A stretch of 64,000 bases of DNA. Origin: Vicugna vicugna. Its lineage: Eukaryota. This document shows positions 25,401-37,574 of this stretch, piece by piece; positions within the stretch are counted from its first letter, which is position 1, and the number at the start of each line of letters is the position of its first letter. The position numbers were made by a program, and so were the translations under genes. Location of the stretch: positions 4,650,001 to 4,714,000 of the forward strand of contig MU058213.1 of NCBI GenBank assembly GCA_013265495.1, written 5' to 3'. The notes beneath the pieces are model-generated. The model did no database searches. It was not told where the DNA came from and saw only the letters and a list, made by a program, of their open reading frames with translations.

Positions 25401-26180
25401 TTCTGATTTCTATTTCATTTATTTCTGCTCTGGTCTTTGTTATTTCTTTCCTTCTGCTGACCTTGAGCTTCATTTGTTGTTCTTTTCTAGTTCCTTGAGG
25501 TATAAAGTTAGGTAATTTATTTGAGATCTCTCTTTTTCCTTAATGTCGGTGTTTATTGCTCTAAACTTCCCTCTTGAAACTGATTTTGCTGTATCCCGTA
25601 CATTTTGGTATGTTGTGTTTCCACTTTTTCTTGTTTCAAGATATTTTTTGATTTTCCTTTGAGTTCTTCTTTGACCCATTGGTTATTCAGGAGTGTGTTG
25701 TTTAATTTCCACATATTTGTGGATTTTCTAGTTTTCCTCCTGTTACTGATTTCTAGTTCTGTACTGCTGTGAACAGAAAAGATACTTGATATAATTTCAG
25801 TCTCTTTAAATTTGCCAAGACTTGTTTTGTGATCTAACATGTGGTCCATGCTGGAGAATGTTCTGTGTGTATTTGAGAAGAATGTGTGTTCTGCTGCTAT
25901 TAGATAGAATGCTCCATGTATGTCTGTTATGTTCATTTGGTTTAAAGTGTGGTTCAAGTCCAAAATTTCCTAATTCATTTTCTGTCTGGATGATCTATCC
26001 GTTATTGAAAGTGAGGTATTGAAGTCCTCTGCTATTATTGTATTGTTGTCTATTTCTCCTTTCAGATCTGTTAATATTTGCTTAATATATTTAGGTGCTC
26101 TGATGTTGGTTGTGTACATATGTATTTATGATTGTTATGTCCTTTTGAACTGATCACTTTATCATTATATAATGACCTTT
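22456..26180 (-). mobile_element. L1MA-type LINE1, decayed ORF2 from endonuclease to 3'UTR (~3.7 kb)
   Basis: ORF remnants: 25553-25963 (TFFSNTHRTFSSMDH..WKLNNTLLNNQWV, EN end); FVDDM RT motif at ~24227-24241; 23810-24229 ([29 protein letters not shown]); 23207-23452 (KWDYIKLKSF); multiple stops and frameshifts. Confidence 0.95.
24716..24845 (-). mobile_element. Vic-1-like SINE inserted in L1
   Basis: Reverse complement of the tRNA-like head ('attgaacccaggac..gagctatacc'), T-tail; L1 sequence resumes on both sides. Confidence 0.9.
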
Positions 26181-28540
26181 ACCTATTTATCCCTCTCCTC
26201 CCCCCAGGCTCCTGGAAAACCACTTATCTTTGAACTGTCTCCATAATTGTGTCTTTTGCAGAGTGTCATATTATTGAAATCATACAGTATGTAGCCATTT
26301 AAGACTGACTTCTTTCACTTAATAATATATATCTAAGATTCTTCTGTGTCTTTTCATGTATTGATAGCTCATTTATTTTTAACACAATAATATCCCATTT
26401 TATAGAGGAGCCACAGTTTATTCATTCACATGTTAAAGGACATCTTGGTTGCTTCCAGTTTTGGGCAATTATGGATAACGCTGCTACAAACATTTGCGTG
26501 CAAGTTTTTGGTTAGATGTAAGTTTTCAGTTCAGTTGGATAAATACCTAGGATCATGATTCCTGGATCATATTGTAATACTACGTTTAGTTGTGTAAGAA
26601 ATTGCCAGCCTGTCTTCCAAGGTGGCTGTACCCTTTTGCATTCCCACTAACCATGAATGGAAATTTCTGTTGCTCCTCATCCTTGTCAGTATTTGGTATT
26701 GTTACTTTTCTGCATCTCAGCCATTCTAATAGATGTGTGATGGTATCTCATTGTTTTAATTTGAAATTCCCTAATAACAAAAGATAAGGAGCATCTTTAT
26801 GTATGTTTGGTTGCCATCTATATATCTTCTTTGATATTCAGATCTTTTATCCATTTTTTATTTGAGTTGTTTGCTTTCTTATTGTTAATTTTTAAGGATT
26901 CTTTATGTATTTTGGATACAAGGCCTTTAACAAGTGTGTTTTACAAATATTCTACCAGAATATGGCTTGTCTTTTCATTCTTTTAACAGTGTCTTTCACA
27001 GAAGTCTTTAATTTTAATAAGGTCCAACTTAATTGATTTTGCTTTCATGGATTGTACTTTTGATATTGTATCCAGAAACTCGTCACTGAACCCAAGATCA
27101 CCTCTGTTTTCTACTATGTTAACTTCTGATGGTTTTTGGTTTTGTGTTTTACATTTAGATCTACATAAGATTCATTACTAGTTTTTTTTGTGAAAGATAC
27201 AAGATCTGTCTAGATTAATTTTGTTGCATGTGGATGTCCAGTTACGTCGGCATCATTTGTTGAAAAGACTATACTTTGTCCGTTGAATGGCCTTTTCTCC
27301 TTTTACAAGGATTAGTTGACTGTATTTGTACAGGTTTACTGGGCTTTCCATTTTATTCTATTGATAAGTATGTCTATTTGTTCAATACCACACTATCTTG
27401 ATTACTGTAGGTTTATCGTAAGTCTTGATGTTGGATGTCAGTCCTCCAAATGTGTTTTTCTTCTTCAGTATTGCATTGGCTATTCTGGAGCTTTTGCCTT
27501 TAGAATATAGTTTTAGAATCAGTTTGTCAATATATAAACTTTAGAATCACTTTGTCTACATCCACAAAACAGTTTGCTGGGATTTTGATTTGAATTGCAT
27601 TGAATCTCTAGACCAAGTAGGGAAAAATTGACAGCTTAACAATATTGAGTCTTTAAGTTTGTAAATACAGAATATCTCTGTTTATTTGTTTTCTTTCATC
27701 AGTTTTTAGTTTTCTGCGTATAGATCCTAAAGGCATTTTGTTAGATTTATATGTAAACATTTTCTTTTTGGGGTGAAATGTGCTAATATAAATGGTATTG
27801 TGCTTTTAATTTCAAATTCCAATTATTCATTGATGGTTCATAGGGGAAAATTAACTTTTGTATATTGACCTTGTATCCTATGACTTTGCTGTAATTGCTC
27901 ATTTCCAGAAGTTTTGTTTGTTGATTCTTCGGAATTATTTACAGACAACATGTGAACAAAAGGCAATTTTTCCCCTTCCCAGTGTGTATGTCTTTTATTT
28001 CCTTTTCTTATTGCTGTAGCTGGAACTCCCAGTACAGTGTTGAAAAGGATTAGTGAGAGCTGACATTCGAGCCTTGTTCCTGATCTTATGGAGAAAGCAT
28101 CCAGTTCCTCACCATTAAATGTGGTGATGTTAGTTGTAGATTTTTGTTGTTCTTCTTTATCAACTTGAGGACATTTTACTCTATTTCTAGCTTGCTGAGT
28201 GTTTTAAAATTATGAATGGATTTTGGATTTTATCACCTGCTTTTTCTCCCCCTCAGTTAACTGGCATGATTATGTGCTTTTTTCCTTTAGCTTGTTGATG
28301 TGGTAGGTTAGAGTAATTGACTTTTGACTGTTGAACCAGTCTTGCGTATCTGTAATAGTTCCCCCTTAGTCATGATGTATAATTCTCCTAATACAGTGCT
28401 GAATTTGATTTGCTAATATTTGTTGAGGATTTTGACATCCATATTCATGAGAGTCATTAGTCTATCATTTTCCTTTCTTGGAATATCTTTATCTGCATTT
28501 GGTGTTAGGGTATGCTGGCCTCATAGAATGAATTAGGGAG
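26181..28540 (-). mobile_element. Older L1 (L1MC-like) 3'UTR and ORF2 remnant
   Basis: 'gaaatcatacagtatgtagcc..tgacttctttcacttaata', 'catcatttgttgaaaagacta', 'gttgaaccagtcttgcgtatctg'; more diverged than the adjacent L1. Confidence 0.85.
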
Positions 28541-28542
28541 TA

Positions 28543-28755
28543 CAGTTGAGCCTGTGCTTGATCCTTGAACACCGTGGGGGTCAGGTACCAACCCCCTACG
28601 CAGTGGAAAATCCTCATATCTTTACAGTTGGCCCTCTGTAACCATGGACTCAACCAACTGCAGACTGTGTAGTATCAGAGTACATATTTAGTGAAAGAAA
28701 TCCACATATAAGTGGACCTTCACATGTTAAATCTCTGTTGTTCAGGGGCCAACTG
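28543..28755. mobile_element. Tigger2-family (MER8-like) MITE
   Basis: TA duplications at 28541-42 and 28756-57; termini cagttga..ccttgaaca / tgttcaggggccaactg; internal 'aaatccacatataagtggacc'. Confidence 0.8.
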
Positions 28756-28789
28756 TATCCTCTCTGCTTCTGTTTTCTGAACCCCAATT

Positions 28790-29580
28790 TCAAAAATTGT
28801 TATCACTGATATAGTCAAAATTTATTTAGATATACAACATGTTTTTACCAATTTCTTTGTTCTCTGTTTCATCTAGTATTCCATTTTTTGGTTATATTTA
28901 TCCATTTCTCTTAGCAAGATTCTGTAGGAAATATACTCTCCTACTCGTATGTCTGAAAATGTCTTTATTTCACTTTTGCTCTTGAGTTATAGCTTATTTG
29001 GGTATAGAATTCTCATTTACAGAATTCACTGTAATTTTCCTTCAGCCCATTCATGATTATTATTCTGTTATCCTTTGGTATCTGTTATTGCTGAGGAGAA
29101 GTCTGTTTTCAGTCTGAGTAGTCTTTCCTTTCTGATAAATATTTTCTCCTTATCCTTGATCTTCTCCATTAATTACACTTTTAAAGCCTGAGATCTCGTT
29201 TTTCTTCAGCTGGGATGTTCTCGAGCATTTAAATCTTGCATCTCCTTTATTTTCTCTGTTCTCCATTTATGAAACTCTTATTTTTCATAATTGAAAGTTG
29301 AACTTTCCATCTCTATTTCTTTAGATTGAGTCCTGGGTAATTGCCTCGGTTATATTTTATGATTTGTAATTTATTAACTATAAGATTAGCTGTGTCCAAA
29401 CTGCTGAGTATCCCTTCTATTTAAATGATTGTCTTTAATTTTTCAATATATCCTGTTAGTTCTTTTCACCACCTGTTAGCTGCCTGTTTATCTGCTTGTT
29501 CTTGTTTCATAGAGTCCTGTTCTTGATTTATGAATACCATGTTTTATTTTCTCTCAGAGCACTTTAAGAATATATATTCT
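28790..29580 (-). mobile_element. Very old L1 (L1M/L1ME/HAL1-like) internal fragment
   Basis: T-rich sequence with 'tctgaaaatgtctttatttcac', 'gggtatagaattct', 'ttgctgaggagaagtctg'. Confidence 0.55.
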
Positions 29581-30299
29581 TATGTATGTGTGTTTCACTT
29601 CTTTCAAGATGGTATCTACTTTTCTGCCAGGATGAGTTACTGCATTTATTCACTATTTTCTGTTGCACTAGACTGACTCATGCATTTTGTCAGAGAGCTC
29701 TTTGTGCAGAGAGTTTTCTTCTTCGCTGTTGGATGGTTTCCGGGTTGCACATTCTGACTTTAACTTCGATCTTAGTTTAGTGGTTTACTGTTCCTGCTCT
29801 GGGCAGAGACTAAATGCTGGATGCTGGGTGTGAGTTAGTTTCCAGTCAAGCAAGTGCATCTATATCCTTGTCCTGCTGTGGGCAAGAGGTCTGTTTCTGG
29901 TTATAAATCTAAGCAGGCAATGTTAGTCTGCATTCTTAAGCAAAGAGTGTGGTGTCCAGCCCTGGCTTCACAGCCAGAGCCCTCAGCTGAGTCTGCCACC
30001 ACCTTGAGTAAGGTGAATGTGGCCCTGTTTGTCAAGCAGCCACTGAAACCTTGGCCCCTAGCTGAATCTAACCTTAGCTCTTCATGGGTTCCCAGTGGCA
30101 GCCCCTACAGCTACAGGTTTCCATTCCATTTGGGGGCTTTATCTTTCATTTATTTCCATGTTTGTAGTAGAAGGGAGTGTTTCAGTCTGTGTGCACTCAG
30201 CCATCTTGACCTGGAAGGTCTCAGTTACTTTTATAGTGGAAGAGAGGGTGCATTCTAAAATAAACGTCGTGTATAAAAGGACTGGCCCTATAGACATGT

Positions 30300-30510
30300 G
30301 GTGTATCACAGTGATTAAGCATACCGGCTCTGGACTCAGTCATTCCTGGTTTGGAATCCCAGTCCTGCCATGTGCTGTGCAATCTTGAACCAATTACATA
30401 ATCTGTATATTCCACTTTCCTCCTTGCACAATGGTTGCAACAGTATTGTCGGACCTACATGAAATAATGTGCATGAAGCCCCAGGACAGTGTCTGGCACG
30501 TAGTAGCTCC
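30300..30510 (+). mobile_element. MIR SINE
   Basis: 'cagtgattaagcat..gctctggactcag..cctggtttggaatcccag' and 3' 'cagtgtctggcacgtagta'. Confidence 0.7.
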
Positions 30511-31267
30511 TCCCCCTCCACTTCCTGGGTCTTTACCTATTGAAACAGATATCAGAATTGGGCAGAGGAGATCACACTGGCATTTTAATCACTGAGTTGC
30601 TGGAGAACAACAGAAATATTAGGTAATGGATATCTTTCCCAAAAACGATGCCTCGTGTGAGCATTAATCCATTTTCAAAAACTTGGGTTATAATATCCAG
30701 GTCTATGTACAGAGTTTATTATATATCTTAATACTGCTGGTTGATGCCCCTCCAGGAGTTCAATTGAATAGCAAAAGTTTTCAAAATATGTTGGTAACTT
30801 TTGGAGATTTCATAAGATGAGCCTGTTGTTTATTTTGTCTGGGTTTTTTTTTTCTTCCTGGCTGTAGGTGCTTTGAATGGCAGGGACAAGGTATAAGACT
30901 GGAGTAAAGTGTGGCTAGGTAGCCTTGAACAAGATGCTAAATGTTATAAATGACTCAGTGAATTCCTTTTCTTATCATAAACTAATTGGCTTGTAGTATT
31001 TTATAAAGTAAGACCCAGACCCAGACTTCCTCCATTTCCCAGCTGCCTTTACTAGCTCACAAAGTCTTAGACATGCACCGATGCTTTTATTTTACATTTC
31101 CATCAGCCAGACGCAAATAACCAGAAAACTCCTTCATAGTAAATATAATCTCTCTTCCTTTTTTTTTTTAATACGTGTGTACACAAAAACACACACACAC
31201 ACAATCAAAACCAGAAACACTACGTTTCTGTGTGTTTTTTCCCCAGCAGTCTGGACCCAGGGGCTCT

Positions 31268-31420
31268 TTATTTATTTATTTATTTATTTTTAATTGTGGT
31301 AAAGCCTAGAAAACATAAAATTTACCATGTACACTATTTTTAAGTGTACAGTTCAGTGGCATTAAGTTCATTCACATGGTGGTACAACCATCACCACCAT
31401 CCATCTCCAGAAAAATTTCT
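31268..31420 (-). mobile_element. L1MB-type 3' terminus
   Basis: (TTTA)n tail then 'taaaatttaccat..tttttaagtgtacagttcagtggcattaag..caaccatcaccaccatccatctccag'. Confidence 0.85.
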
Positions 31421-32188
31421 CCAAAATACAATGTTTTGAAAACTATCAATTTTATTAAGTCTCTCCTTTAAAAAGTAACAGCTGAAGAAAGAAATGTAGA
31501 CTCGGCAGCAACATCGTCACTCTGCTATATTTCAGAAGCAATAAAGTATCCTTTTTTGAAAGCTCTCTTCCCATTTTATCATTTCTTGCAAATCCATAGT
31601 AACGTTGCTTTATGAAAACAAAATTTAAAGCAGAAAACAAATACTTTGTCCCCTGCTGTATATAACAGCTGAGGTTTATAACAAGGTAGCTATTTTATAG
31701 CCCTCCAAGCTAGTTAAAACTACATCCTTCCTGCTGTGTTCTGTCTCTTGGACAGGTTTGTAATTAAGATAGATGGTGTGTGACCCTCAGAGCTCCCTTA
31801 CTGAAGAATGTTCTGGCCAAATTCAGCTTGTTACATTATACTGTTCTTTCATGTGTCCCTTAGTGTCGTACTTCCTAGCTGTCTACATAATATCAAATGT
31901 AGGTCACTTTCCTTCATAAAATGTTTTCAACTTTTGTTATATCCATTAAGGAAGTTATAATTCTGAGATGTCTGAATTTTAGTGCTGACTGGATAGATCT
32001 TTTTCTGGTATGAAGCGTGAGTATTAAGGCAATGAAACATAAACTGAACTGTGCTTGTGAGAGTCATCTTTCACTTCTGTATTTTCTAAGAATTTTGTAA
32101 TCCTATGAAGATATCCAGGCCATATTATTTGCGTGTGTGGTGTCCAGTGCTCCATCTTCGGTGGGGCTTAAGAATGTTCTAGACTATT

Positions 32189-32441
32189 TTTTTCTTGTAT
32201 GTATATGTGTGTGTGTATATATATATATATGTATATTTTTTATTGAAGTATAGTCAGTTTACAATGTGTCAATTTCTAGTGTACAGCACAATACATCAGT
32301 CATACATGAACATACATATATTCATTTTCATATTCTTTTTCACAAGTTACAAGATATCGAATATAGTTCCCTCTGTTATACAGTAGAAACCTGTTGTTTA
32401 TCTATTCTATATATTATCATTAGTATCTGCAAATCTCTAAC
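32189..32441 (-). mobile_element. Young 5'-truncated L1 3' end with perfect TSD
   Basis: Same family as 12791-13360; tail converted to (TG)n(TA)n; TSD tgttctagactatt at 32175-32188 and 32442-32455. Confidence 0.9.
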
Positions 32442-33159
32442 TGTTCTAGACTATTATAAAGTGGGAATGGAGTGCCCAGGATCAGGAGAAGGGAAGTGTG
32501 CAAATCTCCAGCATGAATTGGTGGTCCCCAGGCAAAGGGCTGACTGCATAGGAAGGGGAGCCTCACCCTCACCTGGAGGGACAGCTGGCAAGTCTGGGCG
32601 AGGCCGGTGTGGAGTCCCTTGAGGTGGCCCTTGCATCCATTTTTTTTTCTTATTCCTGTTTGAATGTTTCTTCACCCTCCCTACCTTTTAGTCACCTCTC
32701 CCCCTAGTCTAGAATAATATTTTCTAGTTTTCCAGAGCAAGTCTCATTTAGAAGCCCTACATTTCCCCAATTTTTGGTCTAGGCTCAGAGACTTCCCAAT
32801 CCAAAGGTCTGTGAAAACTACCACTCTGAGATTCCTTTCTTTTCTACCTTGCACCCTGTCACTTCTCACCCTGAAGGCAGCGAGCAAACAGGGGCTTGGA
32901 AAGGAGAGGTGGAGCTGCAAAGAGCAGGAAGGTGGTGAGGGGAGGGTTGGTTAATACTTAAAAAACATTGTCCCACTGTGATGGAAAGTAGATTTTCACT
33001 GAGAGAAATAAAATGCAGTAGGTTCTGTGCTTGGAAAATTGATCTGTAAAACAGTGGTCCATTTCCAGCCTCAAAGGATAGTCTCTTAAAAAAAAAAAAA
33101 GCAATGAAGAATTTGCTACAGAGAAACTTAAGGTCCTATGAGGAAAGTATTATTAGAGC

Positions 33160-33340
33160 TGGGATCACAATTCTGTCTGCACCTTAGGATCACCTGGGAG
33201 AATTTTTTTAAAGGCCAAAAATAGGGTGCCTCGACCCATCCCTGGAGACTTCAGTTTAATTGGCCCTGAGGTAGAGTTCCACACAAAGTTCCTTTTTTCA
33301 CAAGTCCCCCAGGTATTCCATGTAGAGCAGAAACCCTTGG
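33160..33340. mobile_element. MER5A-like hAT MITE
   Basis: 'ctgcaccttaggatcacctgggag..tttaaa', 'tttaattgg', 'aagtccccaggtattc'. Confidence 0.65.
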
Positions 33341-33348
33341 GATGTAAG

Positions 33349-33510
33349 CAGGGCTGACACAGTGACATGGTACTTTCAGGACCCCCCAGAAATGTTTAAT
33401 TTCTTTTAAAATAAGGAGAGGTGAACTTTAAGGTAGAAGAAAATGTGTTACTGTATAATACCAACACATTTTCTTGACACCAATGCCTTCATAAAATACA
33501 TTTTTTATAT
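33349..33510. mobile_element. hAT-Tip100-type MITE fragment (family uncertain)
   Basis: Starts cagggc; 'tactttcaggacccc..aaatgtttaatttcttttaaaat..gaactttaaggtagaagaaaatgt' resembles a recalled Tip100-type MER consensus. Confidence 0.45.
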
Positions 33511-35974
33511 GTATCTTTGAATATCCCTAAAATATAACTTCTATTTGCATTAAGATAGCACATTAAAGTACGTCAGTGACATCTGTACTTGGTATTGGTA
33601 ATGACAAGGCCTGAAGTTCCCTTTATCATGCCCTGTCCCCTAAGATGGTTCGGGGGTCTCTATCCTGTTTCAGCCAGCTACCTATAAATTTTCCTTTGTT
33701 GCCAGTTACAGCCTAAAAGGCATTCTTGAATGTCTTATCTTCCATCCAAACGTCCAGGGCCCTTCTGATGATATTTGATTGAGAGCCGTTGATCAGATCC
33801 CCGGGGTTTCAGGGACAGAGCAATTGAAGGCCTCAGAGAAATAAAAAAGCATTGACTCTGAGCCGGGGGCCTGGGGAGACTCTGGCACCCACCAATGTGG
33901 GGCTCTCTGCCTGGGCTGTGGGCCCTCGTGGCCCAGCTTAGCTCTCGCCTGGCCCCTCCTGCGGGCAGCTTCCTAAGGCTGAGTGACACACACCTTGCCG
34001 CCCCTTGGCCTCTTTCCAAACTCATACCCGTATTTGAAAAGTCATCTTCATCATGTTGGCACCAATTCTTGAATTCTCAGGCAAGGAAAAGGCCTATGGA
34101 CATCCATCTCCGTGCTCTTGAATTTCCTGGAAGGGATTGGGGCTGAATTACAAATCAATAGCACTGTGATAAAACAGCCTGCAAGGCAAAAGGAGAAGGC
34201 AGAGGAGAAAGGACTTGAGCTAAGCAATTTAAGGATTAGAGCAAGAGGGAAGGATATTCTAGATGAAGGAGCCTGGAGAGCAGGTCCAGAGTGTAGGGGT
34301 TGGGTGGGCCCGTGTGGCCCCCAAGTTGAGTTTTCTGGCAGTCTGTGTGAGAGCATGCAGGGCTTTTCACATTTGCCCAGAGGGTTAGCTTTTTTTCTGT
34401 AACAGAGCAAAGACCTAGCAAGCTTGCCTGCCTAAAGAATTCAAGAACATCAAACAGAAGTTTAATGTAATTGTTTGGTGTATTAAGTCTCTTCCCCTGA
34501 CACCTATATGAGTGAACACTTTGAAGATGAAGAGTTGAAGACAGAGATTCTTAATTTTATGTGGAAAGTGTGAATGGTCCAAAAATGAGATTGGCACCCA
34601 AAGATCAGCCTCCACTCTACCCACGCTCAGGGCCAGATCTTGTTGGGGAGAGTCCTCTGGGTGGCAGAGAAGTTGCTGGCTGTCCCGGGCTGTGGAGGCA
34701 GGTGCTGGAGGAGCACTGTGAGTGAGGGCCAGATGGTGGACAAGCTGTAGCCAAGGGGACAGTTTGCAAGCTCAGTGTCACTTTGTGCTGGCAACTTCCC
34801 ACTTCAGCTGCGCACCTTTGCCCAGGAGGCCCTCTCAGGATAGGAGCTGGGGTGGCGAGTGTAGCCCCCAGGGGCAGCCCTGGCTGGAGACTTGGAAAAA
34901 CAACTCCACCCCCCCAACCCCCCACCACCGACCTTCAGGTTGTCAATTCTGGGGGCATTCAGGATGCTTCTCAAAGGGTCCCCCGCACGCAGCCGCAGTC
35001 TCATCAACACACCTCAACCGTGGCTTCCTCCTCTTTCATTCTTCCTGCACCCTCAGTCCTGCTTCCGGGGATCCCCTCCTAAACACACCACCTGCTCCAA
35101 GTCCTGTCTCAGCTTCTACTTTCAGGCCAACCCAAACCAAGGCAGCTGCTTTCAAAGGCACCAACCAAAAGACCTCTTTCCAGGTGCCCTGCCCAACCCC
35201 ATCTATCTTCCCAGCAGACCCGCTCCACTTCAGCCAAATAAACCACTTCACTATTTCCTGCTTTGTTCACTTCCTCCCACTTCCCATCCTGTGTGTTTGA
35301 TCACATCTTCCATGAGTGCCCTTTCTCTCTCTCTTTTACCCGCATTCACTACATCCTCACAGTGCGACTACAGGAAGTGCTCTGTGGTGCGGCTTCCCTG
35401 CTACGGCGCTTCCTGTGTTCTGCTTCCCCACTGTGTGTCATGCACACCGCAGCATTTCTCTGAATATTTCTGCATCATGTTTCCCATGTACACAAAATTT
35501 GGTGGAGAAGAGAGGTGATTTTCCTCTGCTCTTCTCCCTGAATAGTTCTCTTCTGGCCAGTTTGTGCAGTTGACAAAACAGACAAACAAAACCCCCAAAA
35601 CCTCGTTCTGCAGCTTAATAACAACATTCAAAGGAGCAATAAAAATAAAGGAAGGATGCACTTCAGTATTTCAAAAACTCAGCCCAGGAAGGAAAGATTT
35701 GTTTTCAGCTGAGGTTGAAGGAGCTTGAGCTGCAATCTTGACAGCAGCAGCATCAAAAGCAATTTCTCCAATAAACTGGTCTCCACTCTGCTTTTCTCCT
35801 TGCCCCCAGTGGCTCCCCTGGTTTTTGTTATCAGCAAAATATCTGCTGGGAAGTGGGGGCCAATGACTGATTAAATGCTTTTTAGACAATGAACAAATAT
35901 GTACCGAGTGCATACTTTGTACAGCTCCTTGTGTGAGGGTCTGTAGGGGAAGCAGACTAGTGATGTTTGGCACC

Positions 35975-36340
35975 ACCCTCTCCTTCGTGAACTGCTCATC
36001 CTTTGGCTTCCATTCGAGACTTCCCTGGTTCTTCCTCACAACTCTCAGGGACCTTTCTCCTTCTCCTTTGGCCAGTGGCCTTTGCTTCCTCAGCCCTAAA
36101 TGAGGGCACTTCACTCTCTTCTTCTGGCACCTGGTGTGGCCCCCAGTGTCCTTTGCCCTCTACTGCCCATCTCCACCCCCTGCTGCCTGCAGGGCATTTC
36201 CACCAAAAAGTGCCACCAGTACCTTACCCTTCACAGAAGCTCCCTATTTAAGATGCTCCAAGCCACCAGCCTTGAAATCTCAGCTCTGTCTCAGCTGTGT
36301 CTTTGCCCTTTCCACTCCCTGAGTGCACGCATCTGCTCCC
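35975..36340 (+). mobile_element. L2 fragment
   Basis: 'ctctccttcgtgaac..ctttggcttcca..cctggttcttcctc..ctctc..ttctccttctcctttg'. Confidence 0.55.
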
Positions 36341-36769
36341 CTCCCAAGTCCTAGGGGTGTTCTTTGGAAATATTTTTCTTCCCTGTCCCTCCCTGCTGCA
36401 CCCCCCCCCCAATCACTTTGCTGGTTCCTGGGCTGCAAGTTTCTGCCATCCCAAGTCTCCAGGGCCATTTAAGTGTCCTCTATAGGATGCACATTCCACT
36501 CCAACCATTTTGAGGTGGCCAAGTACTGTCTGGTTAACTTAAGCCCCTCACTTAGGTATCGTATGCTTTTTCTGCCATGTGGCCCCATCCCCCTTTCTAG
36601 TATGCATCCCATGACCCCTTACAGGCAGCCTCCGTTCAGGAAGGCTGGATCACCTTCTGAACACTGTTCACATACCCTGTCCACCTTGAGTGTCCTCCTG
36701 GACTCACCCCCACCTGGATCCATGATTTCTAGAATAGCTCAACCCCACTTCCTCCAAAAAGACTCCTTT

Positions 36770-37472
36770 TTTCCTCCACATCCCTGCCAACATTTGTTAT
36801 TTGTTTTCTTTTTGATGATGTCCATTCTGACAGGTGTGAGATGGTGTCTCATTGTGATTTTGATTTTGTGCTTCCCTGAGCCTGATGATGTTGAGCAGCT
36901 TTTCATACTCCTGTTGGCCATCTGCACTTCCTCTTTTGGAAAAATGTCTGTTCAGTTCTTCTGCCCATATTTTAAATGGTTGGTTTGCTTGCTTTTTAAC
37001 TGAAGTATAGTTGATTTTAATTGTTGCATTAGTTTGTGGTGTACAACCTGGAGGGCCTTATGCTAAGTGAAGTAAGTCAGACAGAGAAAGGAAAATACTG
37101 TAAGGTATCACCTACATGTGGAATCTAAAAAAATACAATGAACTAGTGACTGTAACAGAAAAGAAACAGACTCATAAATGTAGAGAAGGAACTAGTGGTT
37201 ACCAGTGGGGAGAGGGAAGAGGGAGGGGCAAGATGGAGGTGGAGGATTAAGAGGTACAAACTGTCAGGTATAAAATAAGCTACAAGGAAGTACTGTACAG
37301 CATGGGGAATATAGCCAATATTTTATAATCACTATAAGTGGAGTATAACCTTTAAAAGTTGTGAATCACTATATTGTATACCTGTAACATAATATTGTAT
37401 ATCAACTATACTTCAATTAAAAAATACAATATTGTAAAATAAATACATAAAGTTAAAAAAATTTAAAAAAAG
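36770..37472. mobile_element. 5'-inverted L1 insertion (minus segment ~36770-37000, plus segment ~37047-37472)
   Basis: ORF 36739-36927(-) has MKSCSTS..IKITMRHHLTPVRMDIIKK; plus-strand 3'UTR with A-tail; TSD aaagactccttt at 36758-36769 and 37473-37484. Confidence 0.85.
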
Positions 37473-37574
37473 AAAGACTCCTTTGACTATTGCTGCCTCC
37501 CTTGTATTGTTAAGTAGAATCCAAATCTCCATACCACCCCCATCAGCAGTACTTTACACATTAGTTAATTAATT

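Noticed and set aside
23207..25963. ORFs with endonuclease/RT similarity as a protein-coding gene
   Set aside because: Frameshifted, stop-interrupted L1 ORF2 remnants, further split by a SINE
27512..27556. Direct repeat tttagaatcagtttgtc / tttagaatcactttgtc
   Set aside because: Local slippage duplication inside a dead L1; not an array
34722..35518. Overlapping 192-aa and 208-aa ORFs
   Set aside because: Low-complexity Pro/Ser-rich products, non-ATG starts, no splice or homology evidence
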